DNA from: Longimicrobiales bacterium
GTDB taxonomy: Bacteria; Gemmatimonadota; Gemmatimonadetes; Longimicrobiales; Gaopeijiaceae
Reading direction: 5' to 3'
NCBI GenBank assembly: GCA_965248195.1
Contig: CBDFIQ010000001.1
Span: 736,001-800,000, forward strand
Length of the DNA: 64,000 nucleotides
A model generated the notes under the pieces. The model was not told the origin of the DNA. It ran no database searches and saw only the letters and a program-made list of their open reading frames with translations. Each line of letters opens with the position of its first letter. Positions within the stretch are counted from its first letter, which is position 1. This document shows, one piece after another, positions 48,929 to 57,891 of this stretch. The translations under genes were made by a program, and so were the position numbers.

Positions 48929-49103
48929 CTGCTACCTGTCTTTGGGATGATCGGAAGAGGCCCGCCTGGGTCTCTCTGGCGGAGCCCTAAAGAAAGCGCT
49001 GTTCGGGGACCGTCACAAGCCCATTGGTCGTAGATCGGGGCCTCGCGGGGCCGGAGACGACCGGGTCATTTCGGTACACCGTCCGGCTGCCGGAGAATCT
49101 TTC

Positions 49104-49862
49104 CTAGCGCCTGGATTTGGGCTGACAAGACACGACGTGAGCGACCACCTCTTCCGGCGAGTCGGTCACGTACATCAGGTCGAGATCCTCCTTTGAGATC
49201 TTTCCCTCTCGAAGCAGCGTGCCTTCGATCCAATCCATCATGCCCGCCCAATAGTCCGTATCGAACAGAATCACCGGAAAATTCCTGACTTTTCTAGTCT
49301 GAATCAGCGTGAGCGCCTCGAAAAGCTCGTCGAGTGTGCCGAATCCGCCGGGAAAGATGACGAAGGCCTGCGCATACTTCACGAACATCGTCTTTCGTAC
49401 GAAGAAGTACCGGAAGTCGATGCCGATATCGATGAACGTGTTCAACTCCTGCTCAAATGGTAATTCGATGTTGCACCCCACCGACGGCGTTCCCACCTCC
49501 TGGGCGCCACGATTTGCTGCCTCCATGATCCCGGGGCCGCCCCCGGTGATGATCCCGTATCCGGCCTCCCCCAGGCGACGGACCGTCTCGACGCAGCGGT
49601 CGTACACGGGGTCGGCCCTGGTCAGGCGCGCCGAGCCGAAGACCGAGACGCACGGGCCGAGTGTGCTGAGCTCGTCGAATCCCTCGACGAACTCGCCCAT
49701 GATTCGAAACACGCGCCAAGACTCCTTGCCGCCACGGAAGAGCCCCCTCTGCTGCAACTCGTCGACGGTGGATTGAAGAAATCGCTCGTCCTCCGTCTCC
49801 TTCGAAATCGGGGGAGGCGGGATGACTTGCCGGGGTCCGTTCCCTTCGTTGTCTTCGCTCAG
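49104..49862 (-). CDS. LOG family (TIGR00730) nucleotide phosphoribohydrolase
   Basis: WRVFRIMGEF, FGSAR, TGGGPGIM, YFFVRK and PGGFGTLDE. Frame open up to the CTG at 49862 (annotated TTG at 49757). Confidence 0.88.
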   Translation of the reverse strand: MSEDNEGNGPRQVIPPPPISKETEDERFLQSTVDELQQRGLFRGGKESWRVFRIMGEFVEGFDELSTLGPCVSVFGSARLTRADPVYDRCVETVRRLGEAGYGIITGGGPGIMEAANRGAQEVGTPSVGCNIELPFEQELNTFIDIGIDFRYFFVRKTMFVKYAQAFVIFPGGFGTLDELFEALTLIQTRKVRNFPVILFDTDYWAGMMDWIEGTLLREGKISKEDLDLMYVTDSPEEVVAHVVSCQPKSRR

Positions 49863-49912
49863 GATTCAGTTACCTCGTTGTCGTGGCGACGGAGCCCGAT
49901 CGTTCATGTCGT

Positions 49913-50668
49913 TCAGTCGTTCCGGCCCAGCGCCTCGGCCGTGACCTGCATTTCCGGAAACATCGGACTGTGGTCCCGGTACTCGAGGAGATCCTTGCCC
50001 GTCTCGGTCTCATATGCATCCAACCAGCGCCCGTAGAACGCACGAGCACTGGCGCTGTCCCCGAGCGCGATCGATGCGTCCCCGGCCATGGCCAAACCGA
50101 GGAGGTGGTTCGGCTGCCCCGAGAGAATCTCCTCCGCGCCCGCCAAGGCCTCGACGTTGAATTGGCCGGTCAGACGAAGCAGCACCAAGTGGAACTTGCC
50201 GTCGGTGTCAAGCGGTTCGGCGAGTTCGAGGGCACGGATGGCCATCGGCAGAAAGCTGACCACCTCCGTGGAGTCATCCGCTGCCACGGCGGTCATCACA
50301 CGATTGAAAAGGCGATCGGCAGCCTCACGGGGCGTCATCGAGGACAGGTCGACCCCTGCAGCTCCTGCCACGGGGCCGGCGGCAACGGGCGGGGGAGCAG
50401 CAGCCCGCCCGGGGCCATACACTGGGTACGCAATCACCAAGATCAGCCCCAGTAAAAGGGTCCCGGCCATCCACCACGCCACCTGATTTCCCGAGCTGCC
50501 GGCCCGGGTCGGGGAGCCACCCATCGGCTCTCCGCATTGATTACAAAATCGGGCTCCAGCAGGTGGTTGATGTCCGCAGCCCTGACACTGCGGCGTGCCC
50601 AATGCGGCACCACAGTTCGAGCAGAATCGTCCGCCCTCGGAGGTTGTGCCGCAACTGGGGCACTTCAT
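49913..50668 (-). CDS. Double zinc ribbon membrane protein with helical (TPR-like) C-terminus
   Basis: CPSC..FCSNCG..CQGC..FCNQCG, a TM helix and a helical C-terminus. Confidence 0.8.
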   Translation of the reverse strand: MKCPSCGTTSEGGRFCSNCGAALGTPQCQGCGHQPPAGARFCNQCGEPMGGSPTRAGSSGNQVAWWMAGTLLLGLILVIAYPVYGPGRAAAPPPVAAGPVAGAAGVDLSSMTPREAADRLFNRVMTAVAADDSTEVVSFLPMAIRALELAEPLDTDGKFHLVLLRLTGQFNVEALAGAEEILSGQPNHLLGLAMAGDASIALGDSASARAFYGRWLDAYETETGKDLLEYRDHSPMFPEMQVTAEALGRND

Positions 50669-53016
50669 CCACCATCCTCCCTATCCAGCCGGGGCGGTCC
50701 ATCGGGACGAGGGGCCAGAGCATTGAACAACATCGGCCACGTGGCCACGGTCTGCGCACGGTAGTTCGGCTGGAACCCCATCAACACCACCGAGCCCTCA
50801 CCGACCGACGCCTCAAGGACCGCAGGCTTCCCAGCCACATGCTCGGGGCCGAGGAGCCAGCCGGAACGCAAGGGGTTCCCGTCACTGAATCGAGCCGTCA
50901 CCCGCACCGAGGCATCGGAAACATCGAACGCCCTGCTACTTCTCGAGAACCATGCTCCGACCCACTCGGGGAGCCGCTCATTGAGCGCGTGGCCGGGCTC
51001 CGGACGAATCTCGAGGATCGAGCCCGGTATGTAGAAGTCCGTCGGCGCGAGTCGCTCCACCGCGTTCGACACACCGAGGTCGAAGAGGTCCACTATGTAA
51101 TCGGTCGCATCCTCGATCGCCACGATGCGCCCTCCCTCGCGCACGAAGCGGTCCAGCGCCCGCTCACCCTCGCCGCCCAAGCCCCCCACATAAGCCTCGG
51201 GGACCACTCCGCTCCGAAAACCCGTAGTGATGGAGCTCGGGCTCTGGGCCTGGAAGAGGATTACGTCGTAATCCCGGCGGAGATCTCCCGCCCGAATTCG
51301 TGCGTCCTTGAGCGTGTCGTACGGGAGCTCGTATTGGTCGAAGACCCAGCGGGTCCAGCCGGCCTCCATGGGCTCTCGCCAGGACTTATAAAGAGCGATC
51401 CGCGGTGCCGCCTCACCCTGAAGGGCCTCGGGCAACTGGAAAACAAAGTCCGGGGTCTCGATCGGCACGGACTCGATCACATCGGCCACGCCCGGGTCCA
51501 GATCCTCCACCTCGATCGCCGCAACGTTCATGAGCAGTGGCAACGTGTGGGCCGTGACATCGTACGGTCGGCGGGGCGGGCCGCCGGGGTACTCACGCAG
51601 ATCCGGATACCGTTGCAGCTCGAGGAGCGTCTGGGCGAAGGACGCATAGGGTTGGTTCATCGGAACCACGTACGTGCCGGCCGGCAGCGACTCACCGTCG
51701 GCCTCGAAGGGCTTCGAGGCGCGAAACACCTCTACGTCACCCATTCGCAAAATCCGCAGCACGTAGGCCAAGCCTGTCCTGTTGTCCTGGTCGGCGGGAA
51801 TGACCCACGCGGTGGGCCAGGCGTCCCACCCGTTCACCGCGCGCTCGTTGATCCGGTAGAAGTTCTCCAGCCAGTATCTTCGGTTCTTGGCCGCGTTACT
51901 GAGCAGCGCCATCGCCCCGGCGTCCATGTAGTCCACGATGTCCGGGAGACCCCACACCCCGCCCATCCACGGATTCGGGTAGTTCGCGGAAGCGGTGGCG
52001 GCGTCGTACCCTCTTCCGCCCCCGATGCTCGAAGGGGAGATGGTCACGGAGGTCGCAATGTCCGCTGAGGCCGTCTCGGAGAGAATGCGGGCACCGCCGT
52101 GATAGTGCTGGTATGCACGGGCCGGGGTGAAGCCATCGTAGATGGCGTCCGTAACGATGCCGGACTTTCCCTGAGCCCCGAGCTCGGCGGCCATCGCCGT
52201 ACCCAACATGTTCACAGCGGAAATGAGCGCCGGATCCACATTGGGCTCGATCGGGTCGATATAGGGCGGAAAGAAAATGCGAGCCCCCGCACCACCCATT
52301 TGGTGGATGTCATGCACGATCTGCGGGTGCCAAGCGTTATGGGCTCCGAGGACGGTGTGCTGCGTCTCCTTCTGGGTGAACGCGTACCAGTCCCGGTTGT
52401 TGTCGTGACCGACGTAGTAGTGGTAGAGCCACGGCAGGGACGAAGCCTCGTACTCCGTGCCGAGCCACTCGTTGTACCAGTCCGCCACCCACTCCGTCCC
52501 GTCCGGATTCAGCGAGGGAATGTCCAGCAGGATGACGTTGTCCAGAATTTCGCGGACCCGCTCCTCGTTCGAAGATGCCAACCGATACAACAATCGTGCG
52601 GCCGTCTGCGACCCACCCACCTCCGTCGAGTGGATCCCATGCGTGATGAGCACCACGGTGCGGCCCGCTGCGATCAGCTCTTGAAGCTCATCTTCGCCGG
52701 ACACCCGGCGAGGATCCGCGAGCCGCATCTGGATGTCGTGAAGCTCGGATAGACGGTTTTGGTTTTCCGCGCTCGTGACGGTCACCATCACGAATGGCTG
52801 GCCCATGGTCGTGAGGCCGAGGGTATCGACCTTCACACGCTCGCTCGCGTTTGCGAGCACCTCATAGTACGCCGTGAGCTCCGTCCAATTGGCCAGAGTC
52901 TGCTCGGAACCGATCTCGTAGCCGAAATGCGACTCGGGCGTCGGAACGTCCTGGGCCGAGAGGAGCCCAACAGCGGCGAGGGTGAGGCCCGGACCCGTTA
53001 GGACCTTATGCAACAT
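50665..53016 (-). CDS. Secreted M14-family zinc carboxypeptidase
   Basis: Signal peptide, IHSTE, NPDG, DNNRDW and DIHQMG. Start may be 53070. Confidence 0.87.
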   Translation of the reverse strand: MLHKVLTGPGLTLAAVGLLSAQDVPTPESHFGYEIGSEQTLANWTELTAYYEVLANASERVKVDTLGLTTMGQPFVMVTVTSAENQNRLSELHDIQMRLADPRRVSGEDELQELIAAGRTVVLITHGIHSTEVGGSQTAARLLYRLASSNEERVREILDNVILLDIPSLNPDGTEWVADWYNEWLGTEYEASSLPWLYHYYVGHDNNRDWYAFTQKETQHTVLGAHNAWHPQIVHDIHQMGGAGARIFFPPYIDPIEPNVDPALISAVNMLGTAMAAELGAQGKSGIVTDAIYDGFTPARAYQHYHGGARILSETASADIATSVTISPSSIGGGRGYDAATASANYPNPWMGGVWGLPDIVDYMDAGAMALLSNAAKNRRYWLENFYRINERAVNGWDAWPTAWVIPADQDNRTGLAYVLRILRMGDVEVFRASKPFEADGESLPAGTYVVPMNQPYASFAQTLLELQRYPDLREYPGGPPRRPYDVTAHTLPLLMNVAAIEVEDLDPGVADVIESVPIETPDFVFQLPEALQGEAAPRIALYKSWREPMEAGWTRWVFDQYELPYDTLKDARIRAGDLRRDYDVILFQAQSPSSITTGFRSGVVPEAYVGGLGGEGERALDRFVREGGRIVAIEDATDYIVDLFDLGVSNAVERLAPTDFYIPGSILEIRPEPGHALNERLPEWVGAWFSRSSRAFDVSDASVRVTARFSDGNPLRSGWLLGPEHVAGKPAVLEASVGEGSVVLMGFQPNYRAQTVATWPMLFNALAPRPDGPPRLDREDGG

Positions 53017-53146
53017 GCGGTTGCCTCCAACCAGTGTCGAACGAAAGAGAATGTTGAAGATCGTACCCATGAGCCGTGCCTAAGACAAGCTCCCCGGGGT
53101 GCAGCCGAGGAGGCCGGGGAGGAGGCCGGGCCCGTCGCTCTACTTC

Positions 53147-53899
53147 CTAGAGGCCTGTGGGCATATCGATGAACTCCTGGTGGAGGTCGAAACGCTCCTC
53201 CAGGTGAGTCCCCAGCGCCCGTACCCCCCACGTCTCAGTAGCGTAATGTCCCGCGTATAGAGCGTTCACACGATACTCCATAGCGTCATGGTAGGTGTGG
53301 TGGGGCCCCTCCCCCGTGATCAGCGCATCCAGACCTTGCCGGGACGCCTCAGGGATGAGGTTCGCGGCGGCGCCCGTGACCAAGCCGATTCGATAGACGT
53401 GCTCCGGGCCGCCCGGGATGAGCCTCACCGGACCACCCACCACCTCACCGATGTGGTCCACCAGTGCGTCCCGCTCGTAATCGACCTCACACCACCACCC
53501 GATATCATGGTCCTGATGGCTCCCGAACCGCTCCTTCGGAGTCCACCCGAGCGCCCGGCACAGAACCGCACAGTTGCCCACCTCAGAATGTGCATCCAAG
53601 GGCAGGTGGGCCGAGTAGAGCGCAACCTCGCCTTCGATCAGGGCGCGGAGCTTTCGAAATCGAGGACCCACCAGCTTGGCCTGGCCCTCCCAAAAGAGCC
53701 CGTGATGGACGATCAGAATGTCCACGCCCCGGGAGACAGCCTCCCTGATCACTGCCTCACTGCCGTCCACGGCTACCGCCGCACGCCTCACCTCCGTGGG
53801 TCCCTCCACCTGAAGGCCGTTTTGGGCAGGCGAGTAGTCGGGGAACCCCTTGATCGCGAGATACTCGTCCAGATACTGGACCAGCGATTGGGTGTTCAC
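53147..53899 (-). CDS. Nif3-like dinuclear metal centre protein
   Basis: NGLQVEG, VHHGLFW, HLPLDAH, ITGE and AGHYATE. Confidence 0.93.
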   Translation of the reverse strand: MNTQSLVQYLDEYLAIKGFPDYSPAQNGLQVEGPTEVRRAAVAVDGSEAVIREAVSRGVDILIVHHGLFWEGQAKLVGPRFRKLRALIEGEVALYSAHLPLDAHSEVGNCAVLCRALGWTPKERFGSHQDHDIGWWCEVDYERDALVDHIGEVVGGPVRLIPGGPEHVYRIGLVTGAAANLIPEASRQGLDALITGEGPHHTYHDAMEYRVNALYAGHYATETWGVRALGTHLEERFDLHQEFIDMPTGL

Positions 53900-53917
53900 C
53901 CGGTCTTCCGACTGGGA

Positions 53918-54027
53918 TGTGGAAAAGTGCCCATGAAACGACCTTGAGCAGGGATGTCGTCGCAGTCAGACACGGTGTAACTCATTGGTATAACTTGGTT
54001 TAGGCAATTGTCCACGTCTGTGGATAA
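53918..54027. promoter_or_regulatory. DnaA-box cluster with an AT-richer spacer
   Basis: TGTGGAAAA at 53918-53926, TTGTCCACG at 54008-54016 and a perfect TGTGGATAA at 54019-54027. Confidence 0.6.
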
Positions 54028-54051
54028 GTAGTCGGTCGGGGCCGTCCCATT

Positions 54052-54558
54052 TCAGTCCCGGGAATGTTCCGGCTGCACCGGTTGGAGCTCCTCTCCTTCG
54101 GGCTCCACCTCTTCCAACACCTCCGGTTTCGGCTCCGCCCTTTTTTTGCCGCCACGCCCCTCAGGCATCTGTGGTCGCTCGACCTGAGAATCGCTCCCCT
54201 CCACCGCCTTGCCGACTGTTACCTGGCCCTGGACCTTGGCGCCTTCCTCAACCTGCATCCGGGGGGCCTCGAGCTCGCCCGAGACCTCGCTGGTCGCTAG
54301 GAGCTCGAGGCGGGATACGGCATGAATTCCACCCGACACCCGACCGGAAATCACCGCATCCTGCGTGTAGATGCTCCCGTCCACCAGGCCGTCCCGGCCG
54401 ACTACCACAGATTTACCGGCCCGAACACTACCCCGGATCGTTCCTTCGATGCGTATCGAACCGTTTGTCTCTGAGTCACCCTTTATGGTCATGCCCGCCC
54501 CAATGATTGAAATCACTGCCTCAGGGGGCGTGTTGGAGGAGTAGGTGTTCTTGGCCAT
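54052..54558 (-). CDS. Bactofilin (polymer-forming cytoskeletal protein)
   Basis: SIIGAGMTIKGD..IRIEG.I.G..V.G..G.V.G.I beta-helix repeats and VEEGA.V.G. Confidence 0.9.
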   Translation of the reverse strand: MAKNTYSSNTPPEAVISIIGAGMTIKGDSETNGSIRIEGTIRGSVRAGKSVVVGRDGLVDGSIYTQDAVISGRVSGGIHAVSRLELLATSEVSGELEAPRMQVEEGAKVQGQVTVGKAVEGSDSQVERPQMPEGRGGKKRAEPKPEVLEEVEPEGEELQPVQPEHSRD

Positions 54559-54578
54559 ATCGTCCGAACCTTTGTGGT

Positions 54579-55340
54579 TTATGGTTGCTCTACCAACTCG
54601 AGAGGATCGACCGTCTCTCCTTCGAATAGGATCTCGAAGTGCAGGTGAGGCGCGGTCGAGTCACCGGTGTCCCCGCTCAGCGCGATCACTTCGTTCTTCC
54701 GTACTTCCTCCCCGAGCTTCACCGACGTGTCGGACGCATGAGCGTACAGGGTCACGTATCCATTTTCATGATCGATCCGCACAAACTTTCCATACGTGGG
54801 ATCCTCGCCGACCTCCACGACCCGGCCCGCACCCGCGGCCCGAATATATGAGCCGGTGGGGATTGCGATGTCCAGGCCCGGGTGGACCTCTCCACCATCC
54901 TCGACCCGCCGTCGTTGGGTCACGAAGCCACGCTCGGCCAGCGGCCAGCCATCGGGCTGGCCATCGCGCCCCTCACTAACACCCGACGAACGGCTGAGGG
55001 AGCCCGGAGGAGGGAGCCAAAGCTCAGACGGCGCACCCGAGCCATCGGGGGCAAAAAGATCTCGAATGTCCGAGTACTGGCGTTCGACAGTATTGAGCTG
55101 GCGGAGAAGCCCCGGAATCCGTTCTTGGCTCACACGCATCAAAGCGACCTCCGCTTCGAGCTCTGCCATGTGGGCAACACGCGAGGCCATGTACGCCCAG
55201 GTCACGATCAGAAACGTCACCGCCACGCCGAGGCCGAGGGCGAGGCCGCGCAGCATACGCAAGCGCCTGTACGAGACCTCGAACGTCCGGCTCTGGCTGG
55301 TCTCAGGCACGAAAATAATCCGCATCACCGGGCCCTTCAC
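54579..55340 (-). CDS. M23-family peptidoglycan endopeptidase, membrane anchored
   Basis: TM helix, coiled coil, HPGLD, YAH and STAPHLHFE. Confidence 0.9.
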   Translation of the reverse strand: MKGPVMRIIFVPETSQSRTFEVSYRRLRMLRGLALGLGVAVTFLIVTWAYMASRVAHMAELEAEVALMRVSQERIPGLLRQLNTVERQYSDIRDLFAPDGSGAPSELWLPPPGSLSRSSGVSEGRDGQPDGWPLAERGFVTQRRRVEDGGEVHPGLDIAIPTGSYIRAAGAGRVVEVGEDPTYGKFVRIDHENGYVTLYAHASDTSVKLGEEVRKNEVIALSGDTGDSTAPHLHFEILFEGETVDPLELVEQP

Positions 55341-56236
55341 GACACAACCTCTGACACCTCTCGACCCGTGATCAGGTGGAAGACCCGCTCGAAGTCCTCA
55401 TGATTACGGAACGGTACCTCGATCACACCGGAGCCGCCTCTGCGAAGCCGGACGCTGGCCCTGGTGGCAAGCGCTGCCCGTAGATCTTCCTCCAGAGCCC
55501 GAACGACCGGATCCCGGTGCCTGGAGCTGCGGCGCTTAGATTTCTTCTTCCTCTTGACCGATTCGACTCCGGCGTGCCTTTCCATCTCACGGACAGACCA
55601 GCCGCCCGTGATGGCCTTCCGGGCGAGCCCCGCCATCTCTTTCTGATCGTCGAGCGCGAGCAGCGCCCTCGCATGTCCGCTCGTGAGGGATCCCGCCTCC
55701 ACATGCTTCCGCACCGATGCCGGCAACTGAAGAAGACGGACCATATTCGCCACCGTGGAGCGACTCTTGCCGACGGAGCGCCCGATCTGGGCGTGACTAA
55801 GGCCGTGATTGTCCATGAGAACCTGGTACCCCTCCGCCTCTTCCATGGGGTTCAGGGCCTCGCGCTGAAGGTTCTCCACAAGAGCAAGGACCAAGAGCGT
55901 GTCATCGTCGACCTCGCGGGTAATCGCCGGGACCTCGTTCCAGCCAAGCTTCTGGACGGCGCGCAAGCGGCGCTCCCCAGCCACCAACTCGTATTTTCCC
56001 GGGATCCCCGGTGCCGGGCGGAGCAAGAGTGGCTGAAGAAGACCATTCTCCTCGATGGATTGGGCCAACTCCGTCAGTTCTTCGCCCGAGAAGATCTTGC
56101 GGGGTTGTTGCGGATTCGGCCCGATCGATCTCACAGCGATGAGCTGCGCCTCGCGTCTCGGAGCCTCTTCCATATACTCGCCGAGCAAGGCGCCGAGCCC
56201 CCTGCCGAGACGAGTCTTCTTCGCTGGCGGATTCAC
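55337..56236 (-). CDS. parB: Chromosome partitioning protein ParB
   Basis: LGRGLGALL, QPR, AGERRLRA and ENLQRE. GGAGG RBS precedes the GTG at 56236. Confidence 0.95.
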   Translation of the reverse strand: MNPPAKKTRLGRGLGALLGEYMEEAPRREAQLIAVRSIGPNPQQPRKIFSGEELTELAQSIEENGLLQPLLLRPAPGIPGKYELVAGERRLRAVQKLGWNEVPAITREVDDDTLLVLALVENLQREALNPMEEAEGYQVLMDNHGLSHAQIGRSVGKSRSTVANMVRLLQLPASVRKHVEAGSLTSGHARALLALDDQKEMAGLARKAITGGWSVREMERHAGVESVKRKKKSKRRSSRHRDPVVRALEEDLRAALATRASVRLRRGGSGVIEVPFRNHEDFERVFHLITGREVSEVVS

Positions 56237-56276
56237 TCGCCTATATCCTCCAGCTGAAGGGACGGCGCGCCGCCCA

Positions 56277-57059
56277 TCAGGCCGCCGTCGGTCCATGTCC
56301 CGTCATGAGCTCCTCGGCGAGTGCCAGATAACTCTGGGCTCCGTTGGACAGAACGTCGTACCGGAGGATCGGCTGTCCGAACGACGGGGCCTCGGCCAAC
56401 CGGACATTTCGCGGAATGGATGTCTTGTACACGCGGTCGCCGAAATACTCCTTCGCCTCGGCGGCCACCTGTCTCGCCAAGTTGAGGCGCCCGTCGAACA
56501 TCGTGAGCAGCACGCCCTCGATCTCGAGGAGCGGATTGAGCGCCCGCTGGACAAGCCGCACCGTGTTGAGCAGCTGACTGAGACCCTCGAGGGCATAGAA
56601 CTCACATTGGATCGGAATCAATAACGAGTCGGCCGCCGTAAGGGCGTTCAGCGTCAGCAGCCCGAGTGAAGGGGGACAGTCCAGGAGGATGAAATCGTAG
56701 TGGGCCCGGATCGGAGCCACTGCTCGGCGAAGAATAGTCTCCCGGCTCATGGCGCCGACGAGTTCGATTTCCACACCAACCAGGTCCCGTGTACTCGGCA
56801 TGAGGTCAAGAAGTGGGAACTGAACCGAGGTACGCACAGCCGCTTGGGCATCCCCGCCATTCATGAGCACGTCATAAATCGTGACCCGCTCGTCGGCAGT
56901 CGATGAAAGGCCGAGTCCGCTCGAGGCGTTCCCCTGCGGATCCAGATCGATGACCAATGTCCGCGCCTCGGCCACCGCGATTGCGGCACCCAAATTTATG
57001 GCGGTCGTGGTCTTACCCACACCGCCCTTTTGGTTGGCGATGGCAATGACGCGGGACAT
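56277..57059 (-). CDS. parA: Chromosome partitioning ATPase ParA/Soj
   Basis: NQKGGVGKTTT, DLDPQGN, DCPPSLG and IPRNVRLAEAPS. Confidence 0.95.
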   Translation of the reverse strand: MSRVIAIANQKGGVGKTTTAINLGAAIAVAEARTLVIDLDPQGNASSGLGLSSTADERVTIYDVLMNGGDAQAAVRTSVQFPLLDLMPSTRDLVGVEIELVGAMSRETILRRAVAPIRAHYDFILLDCPPSLGLLTLNALTAADSLLIPIQCEFYALEGLSQLLNTVRLVQRALNPLLEIEGVLLTMFDGRLNLARQVAAEAKEYFGDRVYKTSIPRNVRLAEAPSFGQPILRYDVLSNGAQSYLALAEELMTGHGPTAA

Positions 57060-57249
57060 GCAAACGAAACCGTTGTGATGAGCCTTGGTGGCGAGGTCTA
57101 GAATAAACGGTCGTCCAACGAGGAGCAAAATGCAAGGACATGCTCCGGTGCCTCTTGCCGACACGGGATCCCTTATCGAAACTCTAGCGTCGCGGAGCAA
57201 AGATGGCCTCGCCGGCGTTCGCGTTACTTCCCCCCTCAACTGGATCGGC

Positions 57250-57729
57250 ATGCGCTCCAAACGTCCTCTTGATTCACGAAACCCGCTGCGACTACTCGTG
57301 TTCATCGGGATAGCGGCCGTTGGCGGCACTGGCTGCGGGAAGGAGCCGACGGAGCCGGACGCCAACCCAGACTTCATGGTGGGAAACTGGTTGGCCGATT
57401 CGCTGGTGCTGACGAGTTTGGCGAATCCGCAGGTGTTCACCGATCTAGTCGCCGACCTAGGGGCGGTGTTCACGCTTTCGGTCCAGCCTTCCGGGCGTTA
57501 CACGGCGATCTTGTCGGGGTTCGGGCAGTCCAGCAGCGAGTCGGGGAGACTCACCGTGGACGGTGCTGAGGTCGTTGTCACACCCGAGGTGCCGCCGGGG
57601 CCCGAGTCGCGGGCCCTCTGGGAGCGCGTGGGCGACTCAGTCATCTTGGAAGGTGAGAGCGAGTTCGACTTCAACCTCGACGGCACGACCGAGGCGGCCA
57701 TGCTCAGACAAGTGCTGATTCCGAACTAG
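57250..57729 (+). CDS. Hypothetical lipoprotein (lipocalin-like beta-rich)
   Basis: Signal ending GTGC, VGNW motif and DFNLDG. Confidence 0.7.
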   Translation: MRSKRPLDSRNPLRLLVFIGIAAVGGTGCGKEPTEPDANPDFMVGNWLADSLVLTSLANPQVFTDLVADLGAVFTLSVQPSGRYTAILSGFGQSSSESGRLTVDGAEVVVTPEVPPGPESRALWERVGDSVILEGESEFDFNLDGTTEAAMLRQVLIPN

Positions 57730-57796
57730 CTTTCGTTAGAGGGCCCGGGCTGATGGAGGGCTCGGGCTGATCGAGGGCCCCGGGGCTGACCGGGGG

Positions 57797-57812
57797 TGTT
57801 TCACGTGAAACG
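57797..57812. promoter_or_regulatory. parS site (1 mismatch)
   Basis: TGTTTCACGTGAAACG. Confidence 0.88.
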
Positions 57813-57868
57813 CCTCTCGGAACACTCAGTCCGTCCGGCTCCGGAAAGGAGGAGGGGGGGCCGGAGCC

Positions 57869-57884
57869 TGTTTCACGTGAAACA
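57869..57884. promoter_or_regulatory. parS site (perfect consensus)
   Basis: TGTTTCACGTGAAACA, inside a 22-bp perfect palindrome at 57866-57887. Confidence 0.95.
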
Positions 57885-57891
57885 GGCCTGC

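Noticed and set aside
50563..52068. Long antisense ORFs (e.g. 501 aa here; also 11583-12848, 23754-25049, 44553-45701)
   Set aside because: Shadows of well-supported opposite-strand genes in high-GC DNA, with no motifs.
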